Assembly (NCBI GenBank): GCA_951406725.2
Contig: OX597837.1
Span: 27,342,001 to 27,406,000 of the forward strand
Source: Octopus vulgaris
Taxonomy: Eukaryota
Length of the DNA stretch: 64,000 nt
Direction of reading: 5' to 3'
Part shown: piece by piece, positions 43,520 through 57,716 of the stretch
Layout: each line of letters begins with the position of its first letter
Position numbering within the stretch: position 1 is the stretch's first letter
Notes under the pieces: generated by a model
Seen by the model: only the letters and a program-made list of their open reading frames with translations
What the model was told of the DNA's origin: nothing
Database searches by the model: none
Position numbers and translations under genes: made by a program

Positions 43520-44353
43520 GCCAGGTATATAGTGTGCCTCCTATGGAATCTAATATAGTCTTTTTAACTATACCATATCTAGTTCGTTTTTTTATAGAGA
43601 TTATAAACTTGCACATTGGTTTGGGTGTTACATTAAGCTTATGTTCTTTCAGTGTCATGTAAGGTTTATGTGAAATGAGATGTTCCAACTGTCTTCTGCA
43701 TCACTTGTGCTGCTTAAATTTTACTCTATCGCTTTTTATGTTCTGAAATTTTGATCTTGTTGTGTTACATTTTGTTACATTTGTTTATGATTTGTATGTG
43801 TGTTTTTATCACCTAGTTTAGTCGTAACTTTTTAGTGTTATTAGCTCGTACGTACTAATTGCTTAGGTTTTTGACGGATAGGAAATGTTTATTTAAGGCG
43901 TTTTGGAAATTGTTAATGTAATTATTAAATTTTACTGTTTTCATAAGTTTAATTACGCCTGGCTTTAAACTTCCTTGTGGAATTTTTTTCTTTTCCAAAT
44001 GATAAATTTGTTGTCTGCAACTGTATTAATGATAATTTTGGCGAAGACGTCGTCTCTCTTCATACAGCTTCAGTTTTTTGTATTTAAACATTTATAGAGC
44101 TTCTCTAAGAGCACTAATTTTCTCGAGTGAATAGAGCGATGTATTCTAACGCCATTTCAAGATGGTGTTGATAAATGCATCGTTTGCCTTTGAGTGGCTG
44201 TGTGTTAAGTAGCTTGCTTACCAACCACACGGTTCTAGGTTCGATCCCACTGCGTGGCACCATGGGCAAGTGTGTTCTACTATAGCCTCGGGCCGACCAA
44301 AGTCTTGTGAGTGGATTTGGTAGACGGAAACTGAAACGCACGCACCCACCCTC

Positions 44354-44403
<50 letters not shown>

Positions 44404-45128
44404 AATATATATATATAAATATATATATATAAACACTCAAATGTGTGCTATGTATATGTCTACAATGTATACACATTTAGGCAGAGGATGAGAAGGATGA
44501 AGAGGAGGAGGAGGAAGAGGAGGAGGTGGAGTAGAGAATGAAGTGGGGAGGGTGGGGGAAGAGCGGTCATCACGTTCGTATGTCCAAGCCAGACTGGACA
44601 AATCGATGCTGCTGATGCACAATATTAACATATATTAACATCTATTAGAGGTTGAAATCTATAATATACATACGTACATACATACATATGTATGTATGTA
44701 TGTATGCATGTACGTGTGTGTGTATGTGGTGTGCGTTCGCGCGTTGTTTGTAGGAATGCGGAATGGCGGCGGAGTACAATTTGCAGATGAAATAGGTCGA
44801 AAGGAGTGTCTGGTGGACTGAAGAGGGGTGAATCACTTCAGAAATTACGGGAGGAACGGCCCTGACAGAGATGGTATATAATTTATAAGTCGAGAGGAAC
44901 GGAGGAGGCGGAGAATGTCAGTGAGTTAATCTTTAGCAATCAATCAGATTGCTTTCTGAAAGGTGTGATGTGCTGCCTACGACACACAGACATAGACACA
45001 TATTTCTTTACTCGACACACAGACATAGACACATACATACATTTACTTTTATATATATATGCGTACATACATATATATATATTTGTATATATAATTGATG
45101 AGGGAAACGGAAGATGGATTTAGTACGA

Positions 45129-45192
<64 letters not shown>

Positions 45193-45222
45193 GTCTGTCT
45201 GTCTGTCTGTCTTCTGTCTGTC

Positions 45223-45301
<79 letters not shown>

Positions 45302-45353
45302 AATCTATCTATCTATCTATCTGTCTGTCTGTCTGTCTGTCTGTCTGTCAGTA

Positions 45354-45412
<59 letters not shown>

Positions 45413-45521
45413 ATATTCAATAATCTGTGTGTGGCTTTGAGTGGAGTGTTAATTAGGTTTTAGGGTGGGTTTGAGATGGACAGGTGAATGTAGAGAAACT
45501 CATGCGATTAATACAAAAGTA

Positions 45522-46074
45522 TTGGGTTGTCCGGAAAGTTCATGCCGATTTATAGTAGCTCACCTTTCGACTTATTTAAGAACATGGTTGAGTCCGTAAA
45601 ATAGGATTTGACTTCACCTCCATTTAGTGCACAGTTTCGTGGAAGAAGGTTAATGTTCCTATAACCTGTGTTAATTCTGTAACCCTTTAAAATATAAGAT
45701 AAGAAAGTTCATTTTCGGCACTTGATACTTTAGGAACCAGACAAAAATTGCTGCAGCTCGGCTGGGATGTGTTACCCCACCCTCCATATTCTCTAGATAT
45801 TGTTCCTTCGGATTTCCATTTATTCAGGTCTCTGCAGAATAGTCTTAATGGTAAAAATTTCAGTTTCTTGGATGACGTAAAAAGATATCTTGATGTATTC
45901 TTTGCCATGAAATCACCTCAATTCTGGGAAGAGGGTATTTTCAAGTTAAAGGAAAGATGGAGACGCATTGTGCAACAAAATGGTTCATATTTGGTTGATT
46001 AAAAATGTAATGGCAAGTATTTATTCACCCTTTTCTTTCCTTTAAAAATCGGCACGAACTTTCCGGACACCCAA
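45522..46074 (+). mobile_element. Internally deleted mariner (DD34D-type) element
   Basis: TA TSDs; TIR TTGGGTTGTCCGGAAAGTTC.TGCCGATTT; ORF 45748-46002 LGWDVLPHPPYSLDIVPSDFHLFRSLQN..GIFKLKERW..NGSY. Confidence 0.93.
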
Positions 46075-46753
46075 TATTTTTATTATAACTGAAAATAAAA
46101 AACAAATATCAATATATGCATACACGTGTAAAGATGTATGCATATAAGTACATTGTTTTTAGGTTCGTCTTTCATGAGTGATTGAGTGATTGAATGATTG
46201 AGTGATCGAATAATTGAATGATATATGATACACAACTGACTAAATACAATATAATTCCGCTGCCACGGGATTTCAGTGGTGTCTGGGGATTTTTTTTTGA
46301 GAAGCAAAGGAATATAAAAATCTGCTGATTTTGTGAAATATATCTTACATTGGCACTTTCTGAACGATCTAAAATTAGAACGAGCTATCAGAATACAAAC
46401 GGGTGTATATTGTCGGATATTTGGAATTACAAGAACATGAACACACAATACTCTTTTGGCACTTGGGAACCAAAACCACCGCGCCTTAATGTCGGTATTG
46501 TGTTGGTGCTGGAATTACAAATGATTCATGGAATATTTGGTTTCATAATATTATTAAGGGTAGGGTGTCTATTATTTTACCGGTTAGTGAGGCGGTATCA
46601 GTTCTAATGTGTACCATAGTATATTAAAAGTCTATTAGAACTAATAAACTAATGTACTTTGGTAGACTATTCTATAAATATGCTCACTTGAGACAACCTT
46701 AGATTAAAATACCGGGTTCTATAATATCTCTAGAGTGTATACAAACATGGTTT

Positions 46754-47141
46754 GTGGAGGCGCAATGGCCCAGTGGTTAGGGCAGCGGACTCGCGGTCGT
46801 AGGATCGCGGTTTCGATTCCCAGACCGGGCGTTGTGAGTGTTTATTGAGTGAAAACACCTAAAGCTCCACGAGGCTCCGGCAGGGAATGGTGGTGATCCC
46901 TGCTGTACTCTTTCACCACAACTTTCTCTCACTCTTACTTCCTGTTTCTGTTGTAACTGTATTTCAAAGGGCCGGCCATTGTCACTCTCTGTGTCATGCT
47001 GAATATCCCCGAGAACTACGTTAAGGGTACACGTGTCTGTGGAGTGCTCAGCCACTTCTTACACGTTAATTTCACGAGCAGGCTGTTCCGTTGATTCGGA
47101 TCAACCGGAACCCTCATCGTCGTAACCGACGGAGTGCTTCC
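46754..47141 (+). mobile_element. SINE family B1
   Basis: Full-length; ACAAACATG on both flanks. Confidence 0.93.
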
Positions 47142-47229
47142 CACAAACATGATACGGTACTCGCTGCTTGTTGAACCAGTGTGGTTTTTGCAACAACAAT
47201 AACAAAAAAAAAAGGGAATGCTTTATATA

Positions 47230-47638
47230 GGCGCAGGAGTGGCTGTGTGGTAAGTAGTTTGCTAACCAACCACGTGGTTCTGGGTTCAGTCCCACTGCGC
47301 GGCACCTTGGGCAAGTGTCTTCTGCTATAGCCTCAGGCCGACCAAAGCCTTGTGAGTGGATTTGGTAGACGGAAACTGAAAGATCCTGTCGTATATATGT
47401 ATATGTATATATATATATGTGTGTTTGTGTGTCTGTATTTGTCCCCCTAGCATTGCTTGACAACCGATGCTGGTGTGTTTACGTCCCCGTAACTTAGCAG
47501 TTCGGCAAAAGAGACCGATAGAATAAGTACTGGGCTTACAAAGAATAAGTCCCGGGGTCGATTTGATCGACTAAAGGCGGTGCTCCAGCATGGCCGCAGA
47601 CAAATGACTGAAACAAGTAAAAGAGTAAAGAGTAAAGA
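47230..47638 (+). mobile_element. SINE family A
   Basis: Full-length copy. Confidence 0.93.
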
Positions 47639-47759
47639 GCTTCGTTTAAAGATTTCTCTATCGAAACATTTTCAACTTGACTCGAAACGTCCTGCGTATT
47701 CGTCACTGGGAAGAACATATCACGTCGAAAAACCGTTTCTGGCGACCCACTGCAGTTCT

Positions 47760-47945
47760 GGTGGGGTGGGGACAAACACATACACACAAATATACGCGCG
47801 CGCACACACACACACACACACAAACATACATATATACGACGGGCTTTTTAGTTTCCGTCCACCAAGTGACGGGGACGTAAGTACACCAGCATCGGTTGTC
47901 AAGCGATGTTGGGGGGTGGGGACAAACACATACACACAAACATAT

Positions 47946-47984
<39 letters not shown>

Positions 47985-48172
47985 CGACGGGCTTATGTCA
48001 GTTTCCGTCCACCAAGTGACGGGGACGTAAATACACCAGCATCGGTTGTCAAACGATGTTGTGGGGGGGGGACAACAAACACATACACACAAACATACGC
48101 GCGCGCACACACACACACACACATAAACACACACACACACACACACATATGTCCACCATATCCACTCACAAA
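47760..48172 (-). mobile_element. Tandem triplication of the internal part of SINE A
   Basis: GTTTCCGTCCACCAAGTGACGGGGACGTAA junction repeated. Confidence 0.8.
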
Positions 48173-48355
48173 TTTCTTTGAGAGGTTTCTCTCAGAGCCT
48201 AAACATTACAATTAGTGATGTTACTCATTATAAATGTGTATAAACAAAAGTATAACATACAATATTATTTTCCTTCAAGCTACGCCATGCCAGGAATCTC
48301 TGTTCCACCATTATCTTTGGCTAATCCTTAATTTCCTGTTGTGAGTCTCTGCCAA

Positions 48356-48399
<44 letters not shown>

Positions 48400-48435
48400 C
48401 CTTACAAAGTTGCTGCTAGCCCTTTTTATTTGCTT

Positions 48436-48499
<64 letters not shown>

Positions 48500-48533
48500 G
48501 TAAAAAAAAACGCCACTATATTAGATAAATTTT

Positions 48534-48580
48534 AATTTTACATGTTTCGGTTCTTGAAAAAACGAACCTTATCAAAAATT
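48534..48580 (-). ncRNA. Decayed minimal hammerhead motif
   Basis: AATTT-TTGATAA-GGTTC-loop-GAACC-GAAA-CATG-TA-AAATT: all stems intact, two core substitutions; near (TA)n; partial tandem copy at ~48637-48670. Confidence 0.55.
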
Positions 48581-49059
48581 TATCATAAAAAGTATAATGG
48601 AACAGTTCATAATCGTTACATACATTCAATAGAATCCATGTTCTTGAAAAGACGAATCTTATCAAATATATTATAAAGAGTATAATAGAAAAAATCCATA
48701 GTCGTTCATTACCTGTTTTGTCGAGTGTAGTGGAGAAGTTCATTATAGATTTCTTGCTGGTATCAAAAGGAACCGCTTTTGTGTTACCTTGTGTTCCAAT
48801 GGAAGCAACAGTAGTGATTCTTGGTCGACGTCTGTTGGTCGTAATTATATATATATATATATATTCTTTTATTCGTTTATTTGTTTCAGTCATTTGACTG
48901 TGGCCATGCTGGAGCACCGCCTTTAGTCGAGCAACTCGACCCCAGGACTTATTCTTTGTAAGAATAAAAACCCCTTAAAAGCTAAAGTGTCTTCTACTGC
49001 ATCATTGGCCCGAATATCGTCTTTTTCGAACGCCGATGAATCCCATAGCACGCAGGCAC

Positions 49060-49095
<36 letters not shown>

Positions 49096-49494
49096 CCCCC
49101 CCACACACACGCACTCCCCCCACCACACACACACACACACACACACTCACACACACACACATCCAAGCATATAGAAATGCACCGACTGTTGTGGGTAATA
49201 AGCGATGCCAGAACATCGCACTATTTATATACAAATAAATACACTTTAATATTATACAAATATATTTAATGTATTCAAATATATTTACAAATTGTCGATT
49301 GAAGTCTAGACTATGCTAAATACTAAATTTTTAATGTTCTGAAATACTTCGCGGCAAGAAAGTGCATAAAAATCGATAAAAAAATAAATAAATGAATAAA
49401 CGGGAACAGAAATATATTTTCAACGTTTATCGTCTGCCATCAAGAGAATGAAAAAGAAAGCAAATTACAGGATTGCTTGGTGGCTTTTTTTTCT

Positions 49495-50035
49495 TCTTTA
49501 ATATTCTAAAAGAAACATTTGTTTCTTGGTCTTTTCCTCCATAAACTTCTTTGTATTTCCAACGTACTTTTTGCCTTGCATCGTTGTCTCACTCTTCCAA
49601 TTTTCCCCCCGACTCCATCTCGTTTTCTCTCCTCCTCGCTTCCCCATTCAATTTCAGCATCTATTATCATTTAATTTCCGTCTCTAAAAATTTCTAAAAA
49701 TAGTATTGATTTATTTAATTAATAACTCTTTCGTTTTTGAGTCTCAGCCACAGCCTCTTCCACCTTGGCTATCCACCTCATGATATGTACGTTGCTGCCC
49801 TAAATTTTAAAAAAAGGTTTTCAATGCAGTCGATAAACCTACGAGTCAAGCCACTCCCTTTCATTACTTTCATCTATTCTAGATAATTTCAGGTGCAAAC
49901 CAGCTTGACTGATTTCTGCAGCGATTCCTGTAACATCTGTATCGATTCCAACAAAATTATTTGCGCAGAGGAATTATGTTTTTTCCGAACAGTTCTCATA
50001 CGTAACTTCACGCTAGGCATGATTAAAATTTTTCA
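49495..50035 (-). mobile_element. Possible pogo/Tigger-type transposase C-terminal remnant
   Basis: Fragmentary A*REV, IAAEI..L..IDESNEREWLDS and YKEVY..KKQ motifs with stops and frameshifts. Confidence 0.3.
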
Positions 50036-50065
50036 ATGCGTTTTTACTATTCTTTTCTTTTTTTT

Positions 50066-50869
50066 TATTCTTTTACTTGTTTCAGTCATTTGACTGCGAC
50101 TATGCTGGAGCACCGCCTTTAGTCGAGCAACTCGACCCCGGGACTTATTCTTTTTGTAAGCCCAGTACTTATTATATCGTTCACTTTTTGCCGAACCGCT
50201 AAGTGACGGGGACGTAAGCACACCAGCATCGGTTGTCAAGCAATACTAGGGGAACAAACACAGACACACAAACACACACACATACATATATATATATATA
50301 CATATATACGACAGGCTTCTTTCAGTTTCCGTCTACCAAATCTACTCACAAGGCATTGGTCGGCCCGGGGCTATAGCAGAAGACACTTGCCCAAGATGCC
50401 ACGCAGTGGGACTGAACCCGGAACCATGTGGCTGGTTAGCAAGCTACTTACCACACAGCCACTTCTTTTCTTTTTTTATTCTTTTACTTGTTTCAGTCAT
50501 TTGACTGCGGCTATGCTGGAGCACCGCCTTTAGTCGAGCAAAAAGACCCCAAGACTTATTCTTTGTAAGCCTACTACTTATTCTATCGGTTTCTTTCACC
50601 GAACCGCTAAGTTACGGGGACGTAAACACACTACCATTGGTTATCAAGCGATGGTGGGGGACAAACACATTGACACACAAACATATACACACAATACATA
50701 CATACATATATATATACATATATACGACGGGCTTCCTTTAGTTTCCGTCTACCAAATCCACTCACGAGGCTATAGTAGAAGACACTTGCCTAAGGTGCCA
50801 CGCAGTGGGAATGAACCCGGAACCATGTGGCTGATAAGCAAGCTACTTTCCGCACAGCCACTCTTACGC
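50066..50869 (-). mobile_element. Two tandem SINE family A copies (50066-50463, 50477-50869)
   Basis: Two near full-length reverse copies. Confidence 0.92.
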
Positions 50870-51114
50870 CAACTTTTTCATAAACCTTGAATGTTGCTAT
50901 TTGCTCGTACAACAAGATACGTCGTTTTTGGTGGCTGCATTTGTACTCGAACCTCGCAAAAGACTTATCAAAATAGCCATCTATGTATCACACTTAATGT
51001 ATATATTTAGCAGAAGTAGCAGAGCGACTCAAGGTCGGAGAGTTTCGGCTGGCCGATAGGTGTGTTCCCACTGCGTTCATGGAATGTTCTTATATTATTT
51101 TGAAATTATATGTA

Positions 51115-51194
51115 TCATCTGATAAAAACGTTTTTCGCAATGATGTAATGTACTCATTCATCTAATAACAATACATACGAAACAGCTGTAATGA
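51115..51194 (+). ncRNA. Decayed hammerhead motif
   Basis: TCAT-CTGATAA-...-GAAA-CAGCTG-TA-ATGA; G8A substitution and poor stem II. Confidence 0.45.
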
Positions 51195-51423
51195 ACTGAC
51201 ATTTATCCGCCGTCTGTTATTTATTCATTTGCTTATAATACACCAAAAATGATTCACGACCAGTCGGACATCTTAGAGTATTCCAAACATCTTGTGATCA
51301 ACACAACCAGCCTTCATAATGGCAAGAAAGGACAAACATCCCTCTGTGATTCATCCATTAATGCTGTATCGCCTGACGAAATGAATCAATGATAATGATC
51401 AACAGGATGTCTACGGATACTGC

Positions 51424-51516
51424 ACTTCATTTTTGAAGCGCTCTGATGAAGCTATACACAAGCACACATGAGTGCATTGCCTCTTATTAGCAGAAACAGC
51501 TGTAAGCCAATGAAGT
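51424..51516 (+). ncRNA. Type I hammerhead motif, canonical boxes
   Basis: ACTTCATT..GCT-CTGATGA-A-GCTA..TAGC-A-GAAA-CAGCTG-TA-AGC..AATGAAGT; followed within ~45 bp by (TA)n. Confidence 0.75.
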
Positions 51517-51558
51517 TAATCACATAACTTTTTTATTACCTTGTCATTTTAATTTCTT

Positions 51559-51617
<59 letters not shown>

Positions 51618-52392
51618 AGCATATATATACATATGAAGATGCATGCATACGTACATATACTCTACTCATCCCAAGGATACGGACTCTGATGTTAATATCA
51701 TGTGATTTGTGGAAACGTGCGTAGCGATGTATTAAGTATTAATAAATTCCATCCTAGAATTATTGTTATTATATGTATATATATATTTCTATTTTTTCTT
51801 GTTGTTTATGTATTTCACTCGTTTTTCACTCGTTAGTTTACGTATTTCATTTCATTTGCACCGTTGGTGACGTCCGTTACCAATATATGCATGTATACAC
51901 ACGCACACATATATATTATATATTATTTAATTCAACGCGACACATCCACTCTTTTCTTCTTCCATCCTTCTCTAATTCCCTTTTTCTCCTCCTCCTCCTT
52001 CCTTCACCGTTTTCTATCTCTCTTTCGTTGCTCACACGTGACCATCGTTCATCTTTCTTTATCTGCATGGACGTTTAAAAGAATGGACGTGTTTTTCACT
52101 CTCTCTTCTTTTTTCAAAAACATGTTTCTCCTAGCTTTCACTATTTTCCTGTCGTTCTGGTCTAACGACTCTTCAAGTTTGTTTTCGTTCGGTTTCCTTG
52201 TATGTCGCCACTCTGGGTTTTTTTTTTTGTTCCCAACATTGACCCTCCATAAATCCTAAATGTTATTTTAGAATTTGTAAGAGCAGGTGTCTTTGAAGAC
52301 TCATATTGACGTTGAATGCTCGAAATGGGGAGTAGACAGACTCGTTTTTTTACGTATTTCATATTATTTGCAGCGTTGGTGACGTTCTGTAC

Positions 52393-52458
<66 letters not shown>

Positions 52459-52460
<2 letters not shown>

Positions 52461-52600
52461 TTGTTTTTTTCCGTGTCCCTTTCTGTAGAAGAGCGTAGGC
52501 TCGAAACGTAAATGACTTTTTCTATTCTTGAGCGTTATACTAATACATCTGTTTGTTTTGTACACCACCTGTCTTCGTCTTTTGTTTTTTCGTAAACTCT

Positions 52601-52603
<3 letters not shown>
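52459..52603 (+). mobile_element. Penelope tail with hammerhead variant CUGUAGA, inside (TA)n
   Basis: TTT-CTGTAGA-A-GAGC-GTAG-GCTC-GAAA-CG-TA-AA at ~52480-52512; (TA)n on both sides. Confidence 0.75.
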
Positions 52604-52675
<72 letters not shown>

Positions 52676-53034
52676 CATATACATATATACACACACACAT
52701 ATACATATGTGTGCGTCTGATTTTGAATGAAGTATATGTTGATAAAATTAAACCAAGGGTAAAACATGCGCAGAAGTGGTTGAGCCAGGCTGAGTCATTC
52801 CACCTAAATAGCCACAATTCAATTCCTGAAACTAGTTAAAGAATAAAAAGAAGAAACGAAACGACAGCAAAATATTTGGTACAATTTTTATTCTTGTATA
52901 CAGACATGACATAATTTTATATTTTATTATATATTTTATTTCAGATTTATTTTTTCATTTAAATTCCATTTGATTCTGCAAATGCAGCAAAACAACTGAG
53001 TTGTCGAGTATTTTCAAATATACTTGCACAACGG

Positions 53035-53082
<48 letters not shown>

Positions 53083-53105
53083 GTATGCGCGAGTATAAGT
53101 ACGTA

Positions 53106-53155
<50 letters not shown>

Positions 53156-53291
53156 CACACATATATATATATACATATATATACATATATATACACACAT
53201 ATAGACGTTATATATTATACATACAATAGATTTATTAGACGAATAAACAACCATTTTCTCTCTAATTATTCATGTGCATGTGTGTGGTATG

Positions 53292-53351
<60 letters not shown>

Positions 53352-53519
53352 TGTGTAGTATAGTGTAGAATTGGCAAGATTTGTGTGATTCTATAAAAGA
53401 GTGAGTCATAATAATGGTTTATGTCAGCAGTCAGAGCCAGCAGTTGTAATGATAATAGTAGAGACTGTTTACTACAGCATTTTGTACACACTCTCTCTAT
53501 ATGTGTGTGCTGAATGCCT

Positions 53520-53591
<72 letters not shown>

Positions 53592-53795
53592 AATTGCATT
53601 TCCTGTGTGTGCAGTTAGATGTACGACTGCTACTGGCGAGTTTAGAGATTTGCCCCGATCATCGCCCTCCAGTGTACTTCTAATAAAGCGGAGTGGTTTG
53701 TACTGTACTTTAGTAGCATTACCAGTTATGCTATATATATATATATATAATAATTATTTGAGGGAATATTATTCCTTATATATATAAATATATAT

Positions 53796-54096
53796 GTGGA
53801 GGCGCAATGGCCCAGTGGTTAGGGCAGCGGACTCGTGGTCGTAGAGTCACGGTTTTGATTCCCAGACCGGGCGTTGTAAGTGTTTATTGAGCGAAAGCAC
53901 CCAAAAAGCCCCACGAGGCTCCGGCAGGGGGTGGTGGCGATCCCTGCTGTATTCTTTCGCCGCAACTTTCTCTCACTCTTTCTTCTGTTGGCCTGCTCGC
54001 TTAGCCAGCGGGGTGGCGTCATTTGAAGGCTAAAACAATGCTAAGCGCATTGTGACCAGCGATGTGTAGCAACATCTAATAGCCTGGTCGGTCACG

Positions 54097-54100
<4 letters not shown>
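53796..54100 (+). mobile_element. SINE family B2
   Basis: Full-length; TA repeats on both sides. Confidence 0.92.
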
Positions 54101-54164
<64 letters not shown>

Positions 54165-54167
<3 letters not shown>

Positions 54168-54410
54168 GCCGCATTATCGTATACGAGCAAAGCCATTGCT
54201 AGAATGAGTGATTGAAATGAGTCATTGATGATGCAATGTGAGGCTCTTGTATGACTCTTGAGTCCGGCCAAAGATTTGCACATTCATTTGCATAATGCAC
54301 AGCCGTGCTGGCTGGCAAAGGGGACAGGTGTCACAGCATGAAGCCTTTTGACATGCCTTTTCAATCCCCTAACTGAAAGGCAAACCTTTCCACAGGTTGC
54401 ACATATACAT
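54165..54410 (-). mobile_element. RTE-type LINE 3' remnant with C2H2-like finger
   Basis: CALCK*MCKSLAGLKSHTRASH; 3' end at (TA)n. Confidence 0.55.
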
Positions 54411-54698
54411 ATAACACACACACTCACACATATATACATGTATGTATATGTCTATAAATGCATACACACGTGTGTGTGTGTGTGAGCGTGTACATAGAGA
54501 GATAAACTCAAACATGCTAAACTGTATGTGGTGTGTGTGTGTGTGTGTAAGTGTATGTGTTTATATCTGTGGTGGAGTAATTAGGATCAAATCGCGAAGG
54601 CATCTCTAATGGGTTTCTATATCGAAAGTATGTTTGCCGTATATTCTCAAGAATGGTGCAAATATATATATATATCTTTATATATATATATATATATC

Positions 54699-54756
<58 letters not shown>

Positions 54757-54865
54757 CATACATATAAATATACATACACGCACACACGTGTGTGGGTGTA
54801 TATCAACTCCTGACATAATTTCGTACACATGTTTATGCTTTTTCAATGGTATTTTTTAAAACTGC

Positions 54866-54957
54866 ACTTCATTTTTGAAGCGCTCTGATGAAGCTATACA
54901 CAAGCACACAAGAGTGCATTGCCTCTTATAGCAGAAACAGGTGTAAGCCAATGAAGT
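54866..54957 (+). ncRNA. Second copy of the 51424-51516 hammerhead
   Basis: Same motif, with stem III CAGGTG instead of CAGCTG. Confidence 0.7.
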
Positions 54958-54997
54958 TCATCACATAACTTTTTTATTACCTTGTCATTTTAATTTC

Positions 54998-55045
<48 letters not shown>

Positions 55046-55381
55046 AACATATATATACATATGAACATGCATGCATACGTACATACAAGGGGCCGGCAGA
55101 AAGCGAAAGATTTGATTCTTTTTGTCTTCGCATAAGTTCTTTCTATTTATTTTAGGGGGCGGGGGGGGAACTGGTGGAATATGTTATGTTGCGAGATTCA
55201 TGTCTTTCCCAAACTGGGACGAAACCGCAACTAACGTGAACTTATGGTCACTGAGAATCGAAACCCGGCCTGTAATTATCATTTCGAAGCTTGGATAACA
55301 AATTTGTAAGGTGTCGACTCTACTACCACCAAGTATTTATATTTCTGTGTTCAATGTTTGGCTTATATATACATACATACA

Positions 55382-55511
<130 letters not shown>

Positions 55512-57313
55512 CATATACATATATATATACTTGCATACGTATATGTACATATATAGGCATTTATATATGAACATATACATCAGCACACGCATACACAATA
55601 AGGCAAGCATCACAGATGTGCTGCAGTGTTTAAGGCAGATATCTTAGAGGTAACAAGTTGCTATTTGACCCTAGTTCAGCCCCAATTAAGTAAACCTGTA
55701 ATCAAATATGTAGCAGTCGTGACCATCGTGTCTATTATTCAGATATATGTGAAACTAGCTCTGCATTTACTGATGTGCCCTTAAACACACTCAGGTATAA
55801 TTTGGCGAAGGTTTAGCTGCTATTTCTAGCAGATTACGTGTTTGTGGTTTGTGTTGATGCTTCAGCATTTGATAGGTTAAGAAGAAGTACTAGACAGAAG
55901 TTGTATAACTGAGAATTAAAAGGTTTGGCGGGAGGGGCCTTTAACTTTTTATGTTTAAAGGTGGCCGAATATATAAGCTGTTGGGCTGTGTGCTCAAGGG
56001 GTGTGGGTTCAAATCTATAGCGAGCACAACGCTTTATTCTACCCTACCTCAGTTCATCCAGGATACATAGAAATATTGTTTAGCCTCATGTGAGTTCCAG
56101 CCTTGACCGTCCCATCTATTAACAAATATATACTATTTAAATGTATTACGTTCTTTATAACTTTTTGTGCGATTTGAGCGAGTTTGCCCGCTGTTTGTGA
56201 CAGATCCAGCGACTGACAAAGCGGCAATCACATTGGCGCCACATGGAAATGTTGTCACTTGTAAGAGACGAGCGACTTTTGCAGAACAGAGAACTAGAAC
56301 TAAGAACGGACTATCAGGGGGCTTGGACTTACCATTCTTTAAAACCTTATCCTGACTGTGAGACGTGTTTCTTATTCAGCAGTTCGTGAAATGTAAGGAA
56401 GCTGACAGGCGGCTTCCCCCAGAAGACAAGGTGAGATAATAAATATATTTACGCCGTGGTGACTTCAATAGTGCATCACTGGTAAAACTTTGTAGGTGGA
56501 CTTGTACTTTTTATTTCCTTACCCCACCTCTCTCCCTCTCTATATCTAAACCAATGCAGAATTAAAGAACAGTAAGGAGTACAGAGGCTGTTTTCTACAT
56601 CTAAAACACAACACACAGAGTTGCTCATTTGACTTGGATTTTACGCAGAGGTGTTTTTATTTATTTGCTATTTATTTGACAGAGAAAACGACTGGTGACT
56701 GAATGACACGAAAGTTCTGGCCCAGTCAATAGCAGGATGTTGTTTATTAGCTATAAACAAATGTCATTTGAACACATTAACCGAGTTTAACACTGTAGAC
56801 AGCAGGAACACTAACTTATTCACGAGTAAACGCAAATCTCTCTCCACTCCCTCTCTCTCTCTCTCTTTTTTTCTCTCTTTCTCTCTCACACATGGAATGA
56901 GACTAAAATAAATTATTTACATTTGTTTTCTTTCAGAACATTCTAAAAGTTGGCGGGGAAAATCTCTGAAGCTCAAATTTGCGCCCAACATTTAAAATTA
57001 TAAAAATAAAAGCTGTTATGAGAAACGTGTAATATATTAATGTCCCGGGCCTGCATTAGTTCTTACATTTGTTCTGAGTAAATATTGCTATAAGCCTAAA
57101 TTGTTCTGGCCCTATATATCTTTATATAATTCTAGGCCTGTATCATTTCATACCTATTCTGTCAGCACTTCTTTTGTGATGACAATAAAATAACAGTTGT
57201 TTTAATGTAACATGGAGAAGCAGGATCAATATTTCTAGATATGTCCAACAAACGGTTGATCAATTGACCAAATAACAGTAAATTTGTGTATGTTCACTTC
57301 TCTCTTACTCCTT

Positions 57314-57344
<31 letters not shown>

Positions 57345-57348
57345 GATT

Positions 57349-57398
<50 letters not shown>

Positions 57399-57401
57399 TA
57401 T

Positions 57402-57461
<60 letters not shown>

Positions 57462-57651
57462 GTGTGTGTGTGTGTGTGAGTGTGTGTGTGTATATGCATG
57501 CTCTTGTTACTCTTGCTGCACCAATATGCAGTTTCAAAACAATTTTGCAGCCCACAAAGCATTGTTAATTTGTTGTTTAAACACTTAAAAGATATATAAT
57601 ATTTCTCAGTGTCACACATGCTACACTCACGTGTACCTGTACATATATAAA

Positions 57652-57716
<65 letters not shown>

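Larger units (their letters stand above)
41143..44338. repeat. Local tandem duplication (~1.4 kb unit); the second copy carries an extra SINE
   Basis: 41382-42515 matches 42770-44336 except for the insertion at 43132-43554. Confidence 0.92.

Noticed and set aside
44815-44860. CTGAAGA-hairpin-GAAA
   Set aside because: No NUH site and no stem I or III partner.
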